Notes: generated by a model not told the origin, from the sequence alone. Numbered from the whole stretch's first letter, positions 33,123 through 45,046 are shown. The stretch: DNA of 63,673 nucleotides, filler included, from Saprolegnia diclina VS20 (GCF_000281045.1; 4 parts of one record of this genome joined end to end with filler, not necessarily neighbours in it), one strand, 5' to 3'. Numbers and translations: made by a program.

Positions 33123-33920
33123 GGGTGCGTTCGGTTCACCGCGTACTTTCAAAGCACATATCGCAAATCCGCATAACTTCGATTGCATGGTTTTTCGATA
33201 CGTGCATTTTGTTACGCGGATTGCAAAATCGCGTTCGGTTCATCGATGTACGCCGACTTTGGTTTTTTTAGGACAGCGCATGGATGGTCCTGCGCGACGC
33301 GACCCGAGCAGCAAGCGAGGGTCCTCAATGCGATGAGTGGCGGCGTACAAGGTAAGCGCTTGAGACGTCTGTCGACGGCGCATACCCTCGATGCGCTACT
33401 CCTCCTCATACGCCTCGTGCCGGCTTCGCTAGCGGCTGCTTGGTGGCGCGACGAGGTAGCGGGCGACCGACCTCGGAGAGAACGCTTGTCGAGTCGATGA
33501 GCAAGCAACACGACGCCCTCTGCGTGTGTACTATAAGCATCACAAATCTAACCTAGCGCGCCCGTCGTCCGCGGCGGCATGCGCTCCCTGGTCCTTCCAA
33601 GCGTGTCGACTTGGCGCGCTGCGGTCATGGTCGCGGCCATGTCGCTTCTGGAAATCAAATCAGGGATCTGTGAAAAAAGGACCCAAATTAGGTTTTTCCG
33701 ATCGAGGGCAGGATATATCCCAAAGCATCCCAACGTTCGCCGCTGGTTTGTGTCGGCTGGCCGGCCGAGGCGTTTTTTGAAAATACGTGCTTTGGCGGCA
33801 AAGTACGCCAAGTTACGCGGATTTGAACCGAATGCCCCGCGTAACATATTTTTTTCGAAGTTACGTGGATGGCCTCGAAGTACGTGAAAAGCACGTGCTT
33901 TGGACGGACCGAACGCACCC
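33123..33920. mobile_element. PIF/Harbinger-type (Tourist-like) MITE, 798 bp
   Basis: Perfect 13-bp TIR GGGTGCGTTCGGT / ACCGAACGCACCC; TTA TSD at 33120-33122 and 33921-33923; shared subterminal motifs. Confidence 0.85.
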
Positions 33921-34031
33921 TTATTTAACGAGGAGTATCCCCTAGAGTCGCTATGTTTAATACGCAACAGAGCTTGTCTTGCCTGCGTTACCACTGATGT
34001 ACAAGCCAAACGCAATGTGGATCGCATGCCA

Positions 34032-34131
34032 NNNNNNNNNNNNNNNNNNNNNNNNNNNNNNNNNNNNNNNNNNNNTTAATTAATTAANNNNNNNNNNNNN
34101 NNNNNNNNNNNNNNNNNNNNNNNNNNNNNNN
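34032..34131. other. Assembly gap with TTAATTAATTAA linker
   Basis: N run plus linker. Confidence 0.95.
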
Positions 34132-34255
34132 GTCGCTGGTCGGGGTTCGCGCGTCCAGGCCCGAGAAAAACGGTTTCGTAGGCAGACCCCAGCCTTTCTC
34201 CAAGACCCAGCGCGCATCATCGCTGGATGGTTAGCGCACGTCCAGGCCCATGAGA
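34132..34255. repeat. Continuation of the approx. 84-bp repeat
   Basis: 34132-34221 is identical to 32842-32931. Confidence 0.85.
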
Positions 34256-34530
34256 GATTCTTCGGGACTAGATTTGGGCCACGCACCTCGGGCTCTGCTG
34301 GTAAATTGGTAAATGCCACTGGATAGCGACCGAGCTTTCTATATTTTATATTCTTCTTTTTTTAGTGATATTTTTATACACTGTGCTGAGTGATATTTCA
34401 AATCCAATCCACAGAGCGAGCTATCGATGCATATTTAAATGGCACGGGTTCTACAACCATCAGCGACGAATAATAAAACTATAATAATACGGCGTAGAAC
34501 CTGATGACAGCAACCCGATCCGAACGAGAA

Positions 34531-34750
34531 TGTGATAGGGATCGCATGCTTGGATACAAAATCGAACGTTGATGGCTTGTGCCGGTTGATTTTAGAACGT
34601 AACGACAGATGTGAGCCCATGACCGTGTCTGCATCTGCAACCCGAGGATGTGATACTAGTAGGGATCGCATGCTTGGATACAAAATCGAACGTTGATGGC
34701 TTGGACTGGGTGATTTTAGAACGTAACGACATTGGTGAGCCCATGACCAT
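34531..34750. repeat. Tandem duplication, period 124 bp
   Basis: agggatcgcatgcttggatacaaaatcgaacgttgatggcttg...gattttagaacgtaacgaca...gtgagcccatgacc at 34537 and 34661. Confidence 0.9.
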
Positions 34751-34807
34751 ACTGTACCGGTACTGTTGACCGTCGTCCGAGCGTCCACAAATCTTGAATC
34801 TGCAACA

Positions 34808-37800
34808 ATGATACTTATCGAAAGTCGCGCGACCAACCTTTCGAATTTCCATCCACTGCCAACCAAAAAGCAAAGCACGTGCACCGACGCACTGGAAACC
34901 CGCAGCAATGCCCGCAGATGCACTGCGTGCGAGATCGAGCAAGCGTACGGGACGTGCCGATGAGGCAGCGTCAATAGCTGTCCACTACAACGGTTGCCAC
35001 GGTGGCGCACCATCCGTCGCGTGCAAGACCGCGTTGTGGGCACACGGTGCGCCGGGCGCGTCATGCGACGCGTTCATTGAGCTGTTCATTGGCAGGGCGA
35101 GCGCCGTTCTATGCAAACACTTGAAAGACGCAACAGAAACATTGTGAGCTGCTCATGCGTGTGCGCATTTTAGTTCAACACAGCGACTGTGCCGTGGCGC
35201 TACCAGTCGCCCTCTTTCAATGGCTCGTTCATCAACTGGATGTCACCGGTGTTGACTTTCGCTCTTTGGTTGTCGACCTTTGCGTCGAGTTTGTGACTGC
35301 CGCATCCAAGCGACGTCACTCAGACCTGGACGTCAACTGCGCTGTGATCAAGAACTCACTCGAGTCGATCACGGGCACCGTCAACGTGGCCATTCGAGTG
35401 CTACCGCTGCTCAACGACCACTGCGGATGGGCTTTGCTCAACTTGATCGGCGCAAAAGCTCTCGACACGAAGAACTTGCCAGCGCTCGCGTCGGCTCTCG
35501 TGATGATCCTCAAGAAACACTGCGCGGTTCTTTCAAGAAACTCGGCGACCTCTTATCAGACGACTCGAACTCGGGCCAAGAGTCGGCGCCCAAGCGTCAG
35601 CAGGTCGACCACACGACCAAACGTTTCAATTGTCTTTTTGGTTCTTTGTCGGGTCCAGATGATTGGTTTGACATCGTCAAGATGCTCTACGACGACGACA
35701 CGCTTGCACCCACGGCCTGCCACGTTCTTCTGGCACAACTTGCGCCCGATGACACGAGCGACGCAGCGGCCAGAGCGAGGGACGTGCTTTTCGGCCGCTT
35801 GGCTTTGATCATGACGAAGGCGCCAACGCTCGACCTCGCGCTTTTGTGCGCCTACTATGGCGTTGAAGTGCGCCGGAGCCTCGAGGACTACTTGGAGTTG
35901 CAAGCAGACGAGTCAAAGAAGTCGAGCGCTCCTAAAGGTGCGACGTGCCCGACATTTGCCGTTCTCGATCTTACGTCCAACCCGCTGTGTCTGAGCGAGA
36001 CCTCGATCCAAGCCGTTTTTGCAAGCTCCGACCCAGAGAAGCTCATTGTGCTCGCGTACTGGATGCGTCTGCGCGCCCTGTCGGAGACCCCGGTGGCCAT
36101 GTCCGACGTCGCTCGGACATGGCTCAATGATGGCGCGCCAGCTGCGATACGCATGGCATATCTGGTCGCCATTGCTCAGGGTGGTACGGCGCTCAAAGAA
36201 GTCGAGGATCTCTTGATCGCGCAGAAGGACAGCACCAACGTCGACGTCGTTGCATCGACTCTGGTTGGCCTTCAATTTCTCTGCTCGGTCACGCCGTCGC
36301 CGCAGCTTGTCGCATCTAAAGCCGAAGCCGCCGTGCACTGTATCAGGCGGTTGACGGCGCCAACGGTGGTCGAGGCTGCCGTCGCGTCCTTGCTGGATGC
36401 GTGGTGCAACGTTGAAAGCTTCGACCCGCCGCTTCACTTTGTGTGGGAGGTGTTGACGCTCTTGGACGAGCCGCGCGCGTTTGTTTGCGTATCCGTCGGT
36501 CTCCAAGTGCCTTCTCTCTTGCGGCGACTCGGTTCTCGTCTCGTGGAGGCATTCGGGCCAAACTTATCGGACAAATTTCTCGTCTCGCTTCTTGGCAACA
36601 ACACACGTACAATCGACACCATGGTGAGTCTGGCGGCCCATTGTCACTTGGCGCGTGACACCGATCGCGCCGTCTTCTTTGCCATCTTCGGTCACTTGAT
36701 GCGCGTCGGAATGTGTGCCGTAAAAGTCGTCGCCGACCCGCTCCGGAAAATGCTCGCCGCACAGCACACCTCGTGGTTGGAGCTCTGTCGCGCGTTTCCC
36801 GACGATGTCGCAAAAGCGTTGCCCGCGACAGCGTCTCTCGCGACCCAAGTCAACGGCTTTGTGGCTACGGTCTTCAGCGACTTGACGTCGCTGTACCTCC
36901 TCGAGCTTGCACCGTTTTTCATCATGTCGCCCGACTTTACCGACGTCGGACCAATTGCCACGGCCATCAAAGACAATGCGACTGATACGACGACCATCGC
37001 TCGACTCCTCTGCCGCCTCAGTGCGCTAGCGACTTTGAGGGCGACTGTCCACTCGGGGAGCCTCGAGTATGTGACAAGTGTCGTCGAAGAAATACGGCGG
37101 GATGAAGCGCGTGCGACGGGCAACCATGTACAACCCGTCATCGCTCCTGTTTCTGTGCTTTGGGAAGTGCTGGTGCTGTACGGCGACATGCAACGTCAAG
37201 GCACCATCAACGTCGCAGATTTTGACCTCAAGGACTCGGCGTTTCTCGCCGCGATGGCCATGACGATCAAACATGAGAGCTCGCGTCGCTGGGGTCATGT
37301 TCGCCTGCACCGATGCGTCGCGCTCTTGATCCGCGACTGCTACAAGGCTGACGTGCCGCGTGAGCTCGTGCAGATCATCAAGGACATTATTCTCGCGGTG
37401 TTCCAAGACGATAGCAGCATCCACATCCGCGACGCCGTCTACAACGTGTGGTTCTCCCACGGCGCGAACGACGCGGTGTGGCCAAATGAGACAGTCGCAC
37501 TCGCGCAACTCGCCAAGGTGCTCAAGGAAATGGACCCGATTGCGCGCCGCTTTGCCAAATACGTTTCGCGGCAGCAGGCGTTACCGTCGGTGGGACGACG
37601 TGGACGTGCCTCGATCTTGTCGCGGTGCTTTTTGATGGCGATGTGTCGGCTCTCGACGGCGTCCCAACCGACGTCGTTTTGGGTCACGCGAGCACTCTTC
37701 TTCGGCACGACGACGGTCTTGTGCGCGAGATTGGGCTCCGGCATCTGCTTCGGCGTTTGAATGAGCTCTACACGCCCATCACGGACGAGCTCATCGACGC

Positions 37801-39449
37801 CCTTGCCGACGCGACGATTGCAGAGCCAGCACTTCATGAGCTCATGTCACAGTGGGCCGTCGGCCCCCAAACAGTAGAGAGCAATTCGTCGTGCGGTCGC
37901 TTTTGGCTCGAGTGCGTACTCGCCAAGTGGTTTGAGCGCGCCAGGGACGTCAGGCAGGACGACGCGACGCTAAAGAAGCTCACGGCCTGCGTCGCGCGCG
38001 CTCGAGAGCTGCTGCCACCCGTCCTGTGGCTCTCGGTCTTCTACACGATTACGCTGCATCTTGGGTGCACCGTCGTTGCGAAGGAAGTCCAAGCCATCAC
38101 GATGATGCTGCTCGTCGAGTTACCGGACCAAGCGATTTGGCATCTCGTTGGTCGGCGTCACTTGCCTGCCGTCAAGCAAGCCATCGCCGCGGAGCAGCTC
38201 GTTGCCAAGAAGGATTTCGTCGACACGTGGAGCGACATCGTCAGTATTGCCAGCCAGCTGGAAGCCATGGTAAACAGCACGGGCGTTGTCCTTGACAACA
38301 TCACGATCAGCTACAAGATCCTCGTGCCCACGTCGTCGCAGCTCATTGATCTGTCGGGCGCCAACCCCGTCTACATAAAACGCATCTGGGTTGGCCGGCC
38401 GATTGCTCAATACAAGTCAAAGCCGCGCATCGTCGGACTCGTCGGCTCGGACAACAACACGTACAGGTTTGTCCTCAAGAAGGATGCGATCCGGAAGGAC
38501 GAGTTTGTCATGCAGTCGGCGACGCTCGTCAACCGTTTGTTGGCCGCCAACAAGCCGACGATCGACATTCGCCTCGAGACGTACGCGGTCGTCCCGTTGG
38601 CAAACGATGTCGCACTCATCGAGTGGGTGCCCAACACGATCACGCTGTTTGCTGCGGTCGAGAAGGAAGCGCGGGAAACGATAAGCCGTTGCATGCGCAA
38701 CTACAAGGTCGAGCTTGACGCGCTCGCGGGCGGTGACATTTGTAGCAGTACAGCGTTCACCGAGCTCATGTCCAAAGAACCCGAGAAAGTTTGCAAGCTC
38801 TACAAGGAGTATGCCTCGGATCCATGCTTCAAGGAACATCTCGTCAAGTGGTACCACGACGTTTGGTGTCGACATGCGCCAACCTCGGTATTGACTCTTT
38901 CCAATGACAGTTTGACATACTACCTATAGAATGACGTTCCTGCGATCGACCGCTGTATCATCCATCTTTGGCTACTTTCTCGACGTTGGCGACCGGCACA
39001 TGGGCAACATCCTCCTCAACGTGAAGTCGGGCAAGTGCGTGCACATCGACTTTGAGTGCATCTTTGGGCGCGCCAGACATCTTCCCGTGCCCGAGCGCGT
39101 CCCGTTCCGCCTCACACGCAACATCTGCGACGCGCTGTCGGCCATCAACGACTTCGACGCCTTCCGTACCACGTGCGGGGCCGTGCTTCGCAACCATCGC
39201 GCTGTACTGCGATGCCACGTCGACATGTTTGTGCGCACTGATGCGTCCTTGGCGCCGAATGTTGTCGCCATCCTCCAAGCTCTTGACAAGCGGCTCGCCG
39301 GTGCAACGATGGCCGAAAACGCCGACGTAACCAAGAGCTCCGAAGACATTGCGCGAGACGTCGAGTCGCAAGTCGAGTCGCTCGTGGACGATGCCATGTC
39401 CATCGACAACCTCATGCGCATGTATTTGGGGTGGTCTGCACCATTTTAG
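34808..39449 (+). pseudogene. Compact ATR-like PIKK kinase with FATC; about 3 frameshifts (pseudogene or sequencing errors)
   Basis: KPRIVGLVGSDNNTYRFVLKKDAIRKD, TYAVVPL...IEWVPNT, GDRHMGNIL...VHIDFECIF...PERVPFRLT, NLMRMYLGWSAPF; frame changes near 35515, 37545 and 38855. Confidence 0.8.
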
Positions 39450-39529
39450 GTAGTAGTTTTTTTTTATGTATAAGACATCATCAACACGTCGTATCAGTCC
39501 ATAAAGTACTGCATGGTGCAAACCACGGT

Positions 39530-39858
39530 ACCCGAGGACGTGAGTCGTGTCACGCGAGCCGCGCGTCGTCCACTGAAGAACGACTCGCAACGGACGAGCC
39601 AAGCGCGGACCTCCATTTGCACAACGTGCACGTTGTCCGCAAACGTCTCGTCCATGCGCAGAAAGTACTGCCGGCGCGCCTCGAGGATGTCGATGGTCTG
39701 GGCGTTCTTGGCTTGGAGCCGGGAATGCACCAGTTAAGGCGGCCGCAGAGCACAACGATCGACACCGTCAGCTTGCAATTCCAGAGCTTTTCGTAGAAGG
39801 CTGCGTCGGAGAGGCCTTTGTGTGTGGCATAAGCTTGCGAAACATGGTGTACAGGCAT
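39530..39858 (-). pseudogene. Fragment resembling WASH complex subunit 4 (SWIP/KIAA1033)
   Basis: DAAFYEKLW...IVVLCGRLNW.../...RRQYFLRMDETFADNVHVVQMEVRAWLVRCESFFS parallels WASHC4 DKKFYKSL...W...VSSWMMKMESILS (recalled, not searched); frameshifted. Confidence 0.55.
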
Positions 39859-40059
39859 GCTCGGTTGTCATTCTCGGTTGTAGAGATGTGGGCATGGGAT
39901 GACAAAAAAGGGTCTAAATCAGATGCCCGCGCTGCGATCCCGGAAACGATAAATACCCTTTTTTGTCGCCAATCAATTTACAGGCGCCTCCAGCAGTTCA
40001 ACAATGACGACAAGCGCGATGGAAGGAGCGTTGCGAGGTGCCTGGGACGACGTCCTTGG

Positions 40060-41550
40060 CGTGCTGACGTCCGTCGACGACTACGATCTTGCCGAGACGT
40101 CGCCCACCGTACGCTCTCTGCCACGTTGATGGACGCTTCAACAAGTGCTAGGGCGAAACACTGCTGCAGCTCGCATGCGCCGCCAACGCGATCGCTGTCG
40201 TTCGCCACTTGTGCACGCACCCGCGCTGCCATGAGGTTGTCAACGCCGCCAGAAATGTTCGTATTTGTCTACTACGGATATGCATAGCTATCTCTTTTGT
40301 AGGACACGCGACCGGCACTGCTGTCGGCCGTGCTGGCGGGCGCCACCGAGATCGTCTCGATGCTCTTGGCGACGTTTGGCGAGGATCTAGACCTGAATGT
40401 ATCGCACAGCGGACCCTTTGAAGTACATCATTTGTACACTGAGCAGTCGTCGACAACAGCTTACGTAGGACGCGGAGCAGTGGCCGCTCATGGCTGCGAT
40501 CGATACAAAGCACGTAAAGATCGCACTGCTCTTACTCGACCAGCCTAGCATCGACATCAACCGACGGCGCGCAACGGTTCTATGTGCTTGATGAGAGCCA
40601 GGTCACGAAGCAGCATGTCTTGTAGGACTCGACTGCGTACTATGTCGCTTGTATCCTAGACCTCGTCCCGGTCGTCGAGCGAATGCTTGCGCTGCCGGCG
40701 CTCACCAGAGACGTCATGACTAAGGTCCTTCTCCATCTTAGGTTTTGTAGTACTCATTTGCGCTCGTAGCGAGGCAGCACGCCGTTCACTGGCGCCTGCC
40801 GCCGCGCTGCGTGGTCAACGGCGCGCGTGCTTTTGCGCGAGCATGCGATCGCAGACATCAACGCCCAAGACCCTGTTGACTCCGATGCAGCAATCTATAC
40901 TGAGCGGCACCTTTTAGGAAGGAAGAACAGGCTTTTTATGGACCTGCTACCACGGAAACCTCGATTTGGTCGAAGTGCTCCTTGAGGTCGTCGACGTTAC
41001 TCGGGCGTGTCATGTACAATATGTCAATTCGACTACACCGCCTCGATTCAGATGCCCTGCGTAGCGCCACTGGACGGCGCTAGACTACCTCAGTCGCAAC
41101 CTCGTCTGCGACGAGGCACACGACAACGACAGGCTCATCAACCTTGTGCAGCGTTTGCTCGCGCGGGGCGTCACCTTTGGTGTAGGAACTTCTTCGGCCG
41201 CTACAGCTCACAGTCCTTAGGTGCGCACGCAACCAATGGTATACCGACAGCCACGCCGCGACGCCGACGTCGACCTCGCCGAGCTCGCAAGCCGACAACA
41301 ATTGGACGAATTGTACAATGTCCTTCGCGACGGCGCGTATACGGGCAACGTCAACCGTCTGTTCGAGGTAGAATATTGTTGAATTTCCTCCCAGCAGCGA
41401 CTTGAAGCGAGAAGGAAAACGCTGTCTTGCACTATCTATGTCTGAGCGGCGTCGGCCACGACGGAGCATTGCGCTTTTATGAGCCCCGGTTGGACATCCT
41501 CGATTGCCTCTTGACGATGTACCCAGACGTCGGCCTCAATCTCGTCCAGA
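40060..41550 (+). pseudogene. Multi-exon ankyrin-repeat gene, probably degenerate; ends at gap
   Basis: ETLLQLACAANAIAVVRHL; GATEIVSMLLATFGEDLDLN; TPFTGACRR...ADINAQD; GRTGFLWTCYHGNLDLVEVLL. Confidence 0.55.
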
Positions 41551-41565
41551 TCGTAATACATTCAT

Positions 41566-41665
41566 NNNNNNNNNNNNNNNNNNNNNNNNNNNNNNNNNNN
41601 NNNNNNNNNTTAATTAATTAANNNNNNNNNNNNNNNNNNNNNNNNNNNNNNNNNNNNNNNNNNNN
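41566..41665. other. Assembly gap with TTAATTAATTAA linker
   Basis: N run plus linker. Confidence 0.95.
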
Positions 41666-41666
41666 C

Positions 41667-41756
41667 ATCGACGAGCACCGTGAGGCCTTCAAGGTCCTGG
41701 GGCGCTTCTTGGACGGCGACGAGATCGGCGTCGAGCACGCGTTCAACAGGTTTTAA
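41667..41756 (+). CDS. Possible C-terminal end of a gene emerging from the gap
   Basis: IDEHREAFKVLGRFLDGDEIGVEHAFNRF-stop with coding-like GC3. Confidence 0.35.
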   Translation: MDEHREAFKVLGRFLDGDEIGVEHAFNRF

Positions 41757-41800
41757 AGAAAACGCCGACGCTAAATCTATCGCATTATCAAACGCTTTCA

Positions 41801-43463
41801 CTAGTTGGCTGTCGGCTTGGGCAAGACTGTGCCAAGACCCGTGGCGTCGCCTGGGCTCTGCACGACGACGTTGCGCGACTTTTTGTGCAAAACGTGCGCG
41901 GGCACCGTCGGGAGCCCGATACCTTCGTGCCACTCGGTCATCGTCCACGCATCTACACCGCATTCACCAATTCTCTGTATGCTACAACGTACTTGTCGTC
42001 GCTGGCGCAGGCGCGTCCGGGTGTGCCTGCTGTGGGAAGGTCACGTAAAAGATGGGGCTAAAGTCGCGGCAGCGAAAGATACACCCGATGCCGACGCAAA
42101 AGCACATGTAGAGTCCCTCGAGCACGAGGGGCACGAGACCGCCCATCGTGACGGGCACGATCTGGTGGAGCGCTACGTTGAGAAAAAAGACTGCGACGAA
42201 GTACACGACGAGGCCTCGCCGGAACGCCACAAAGAGCCGCAGCTTGGACGCCACGGGTGTCGTGTGAGGGTCGATGAGCACCCCTGCGATCAAGTCCATT
42301 TGCAAGTGCAAAATGGCAATGTTGAACGCCATGCGCGACCACACCCTAGTGGCATATCAACTTGATACTTTGAAACGATGATGTAATACGTGTAGACGAG
42401 GCACGTCCAGAGGCAGCACCAGATTACAAAGACTATGAGCGGTGCGGCCGTCGCGCCGTCGACAATCGAGAGCGCTAACGCCCACGCGAGCGAGAGGAGC
42501 CGGTACTGGACGTTCAGTAGCGTGCCCAAGTCGTCGCGCGTGATCTTCCAGCCGTGCGCGATCAGCAGCATCTCGTTGGCTGCCGTTGCGAGCGACACCA
42601 CGCGACAGAAAAGGGTGGCGACGAAGAGGCCGCGCGAGAGACCGCTCTCGCTGTGGTTGTGGATCGCGGTCAGCGCCATATAGACACACTACAAAAGCGG
42701 TTAGAACCGATATCGTGGATCAACGCGTACTTCTGCAAAGGGCACGAGGAGCATGTGTCGCTGGAGCGCGATAAACGCGTGGCGAAAATGATACATGTGC
42801 CCCCCCCAGACAAGCACGAGAAGACCCCACACGAGCGCAAATGCGGCGTAGAGCAGCGCGAGCCCAAAGGTGGTCCCGTTCCCAAAGCAAATTTTGTTCC
42901 CGGGACACAGCATCCAAGAGAAAGCACCCTGCAGCTTGAGCGGCGGCGCCGAAACGTCGCTTATGAGCGCACACAAATCAAGCAGCACGTCATAGTCGTC
43001 ACGACCGCCTATAACCCTTCCTTTTAGTCGCAGAATTGACGTATAAGAGGACACCGTCTGTGTTGAGTACGCCTGCGACCTTCGCGCTGCCTTTGTTCAA
43101 GGCACCCGAGGTGAGCGCCACTGGGTACGAGTCGCACTGGGCGGTGACCGTGCCTCGACACATCGAGTCGTTGTAAGGTACCATGCCAGCGCTGGTCATG
43201 GCGATTTCAGGCGAGAAATGGCTGGAGGTGCAGAAGCGCAGAAACATAAATGTGTGGGGCGGTGGAAGCTTGTCGACGGCCACATCGATCGAGAGCGTGA
43301 ACGTATCTCTGCCAGCCGTGTTGGTTGCATTGAAGCGCACGAGATCGAGCAGGTAGACCGAGGTAAAGTCGAACGCCGTTGTTGCCCCGCGTTGATGGTT
43401 GTTCCTTGAAGACACGGCGAGTGTCACTGCCAGCAGCAGCAACGCTGTGTGCAGCACGCGCAT
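41801..43463 (-). CDS. GOST-family (GPR107/TMEM87/GPR180-like) seven-transmembrane protein; multi-exon
   Basis: Signal peptide MRVLHTALLLLAVTLA; lumenal domain; LYAAFALVWGLLVLVW; LLIAHGWKITRDDL; further TM helices. Confidence 0.72.
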
Positions 43464-43869
43464 CTACGATCTGAGTCGTCGAGTCTATATTAAGCCCAGC
43501 AACCGGTCTCAAATCGCCGTTATCTGATGCGATAGCTTAACGTTCGCAATGCCAACACCACTCACGGGCGATCCATTTGATTGCACAAGCACACTGCGCC
43601 GCTGGTACAGATTCCACAAGGCACCACGACGGTTCAGATCTTATGGGACCAGTTGAGCTCAAGTTCGTATAGGCTTGTACTCGGCGCAAGCATGGCGAGC
43701 CGGTTGTATTTGCTGCATGTCAGTGCAGCGCCTCGACAAGCAGCCCGCGAGCGACGGCTTGTGAATGCGAATTCTATATTTAGACAAGCCAATCGCAAGT
43801 GCCGAACGGGCCTTCGATATTACCAGTGCAACGAATATTCATTTTTCGACGCGCACGCCAATACGACGC

Positions 43870-44547
43870 ATGGGGCTGCAGTGGGCGTGGTATGGCTCAG
43901 ACCTCGGCGGGACGCGGCCGTGCGCCTCCACGTACGAGCTCTACAATACAGCGATTCCCGAGATTCCCGCCGCCAAGTACGCGAACTTGGCGTTCCTCCC
44001 GGACGCACCGCCCCGTACCGACCCTAAAGACGACGAAAGAGGCTTGCAGACGCGCGAGCTCCTGACGCGCCTCGAGACCACACACGCGCTGCCAGCAACG
44101 TTCAAGCGACTCATGGCCTCGCGAGAGCTCCAGGCGCTCGTACCGAGCTGCACGTCGTCGTACTTTTACCTCGGCGAGCCCGTGTACGTGCCGACGCTGG
44201 AGCTTACATTGCTCCTCTTCTACCGCGACCAGCAAGACTGCGTGCTTTGGTACCTCGTACTCGACGGCGCGCACGCAGGCTGCATTATCTCAGCGCCGCA
44301 GATTTTAAAGACGCCAGGCAGCATCGCCGACGACAACGGCGTGGACGACGCGGACGATGTGTTTACTGCGATCCAAGACGAAGCCGTTCGCTGCGCTGCG
44401 TCGTTCGACGAGTTCGTCTACCGAATCTGGGTCGAGAACCACATTTGGTATCAGCAAAACGGCGTCCCTCGCTGCGTGGACTCCACTGCATTCGTCCAGG
44501 CCGAGTGCGACTGGTACCTCGCGGCGACGAAATCGCTTAGCGGATAG
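43870..44547 (+). CDS. Intronless hypothetical protein, possibly SMI1/KNR4 (SUKH)-like
   Basis: LPATFKRLM, FYRDQQDCVLWYLVL, CAASFDEFVYRIWVENHIWY. Confidence 0.7.
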   Translation: MGLQWAWYGSDLGGTRPCASTYELYNTAIPEIPAAKYANLAFLPDAPPRTDPKDDERGLQTRELLTRLETTHALPATFKRLMASRELQALVPSCTSSYFYLGEPVYVPTLELTLLLFYRDQQDCVLWYLVLDGAHAGCIISAPQILKTPGSIADDNGVDDADDVFTAIQDEAVRCAASFDEFVYRIWVENHIWYQQNGVPRCVDSTAFVQAECDWYLAATKSLSG

Positions 44548-45046
44548 GCCATCGTATCTCGATGGATCACTGCACCGATCCAAGATAGCTATCCAAGATA
44601 ACATTCAATGAGTGATAGCATGGAATGGGCGAGATGCTTCTTCTCGATTGGATACCTCGCGCAATCAACATCTCGAGACTCTCGAGACTCTCGAGAGGGA
44701 GGGTCTCTGGCATTGCTCGCCACATCTCTTGTCGCTGGCGTCAGAGGTCCAAACTTCTGAGACAAAGACGGTAATAAGCTGACCTCAGTGTGAGCCTTGT
44801 TGATGCGAACGCCAACGCGCTCGGTATCCGTCGCATCATCCGAGCAACGTCCGCGACCTTCGCCGAGTCTCGTACCATCTGGTGGCATACTGCGGTCGCG
44901 TGACACGGATTTTCTGGACGCTTCAACATGGCGGTATACAAATTTCAAAACGCCTGCGAATTAACGCCCACGTATCGTGTCACGCAACCGCAGGGTTCGA
45001 ACTTTTCGCGATCTTCCAACAAGGTTGCCAGTTTGCCTTTGGCCCC

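Noticed and set aside
44671..44696. (TCTCGAGAC)x3 short palindromic tandem
   Set aside because: Too short; explained by simple slippage
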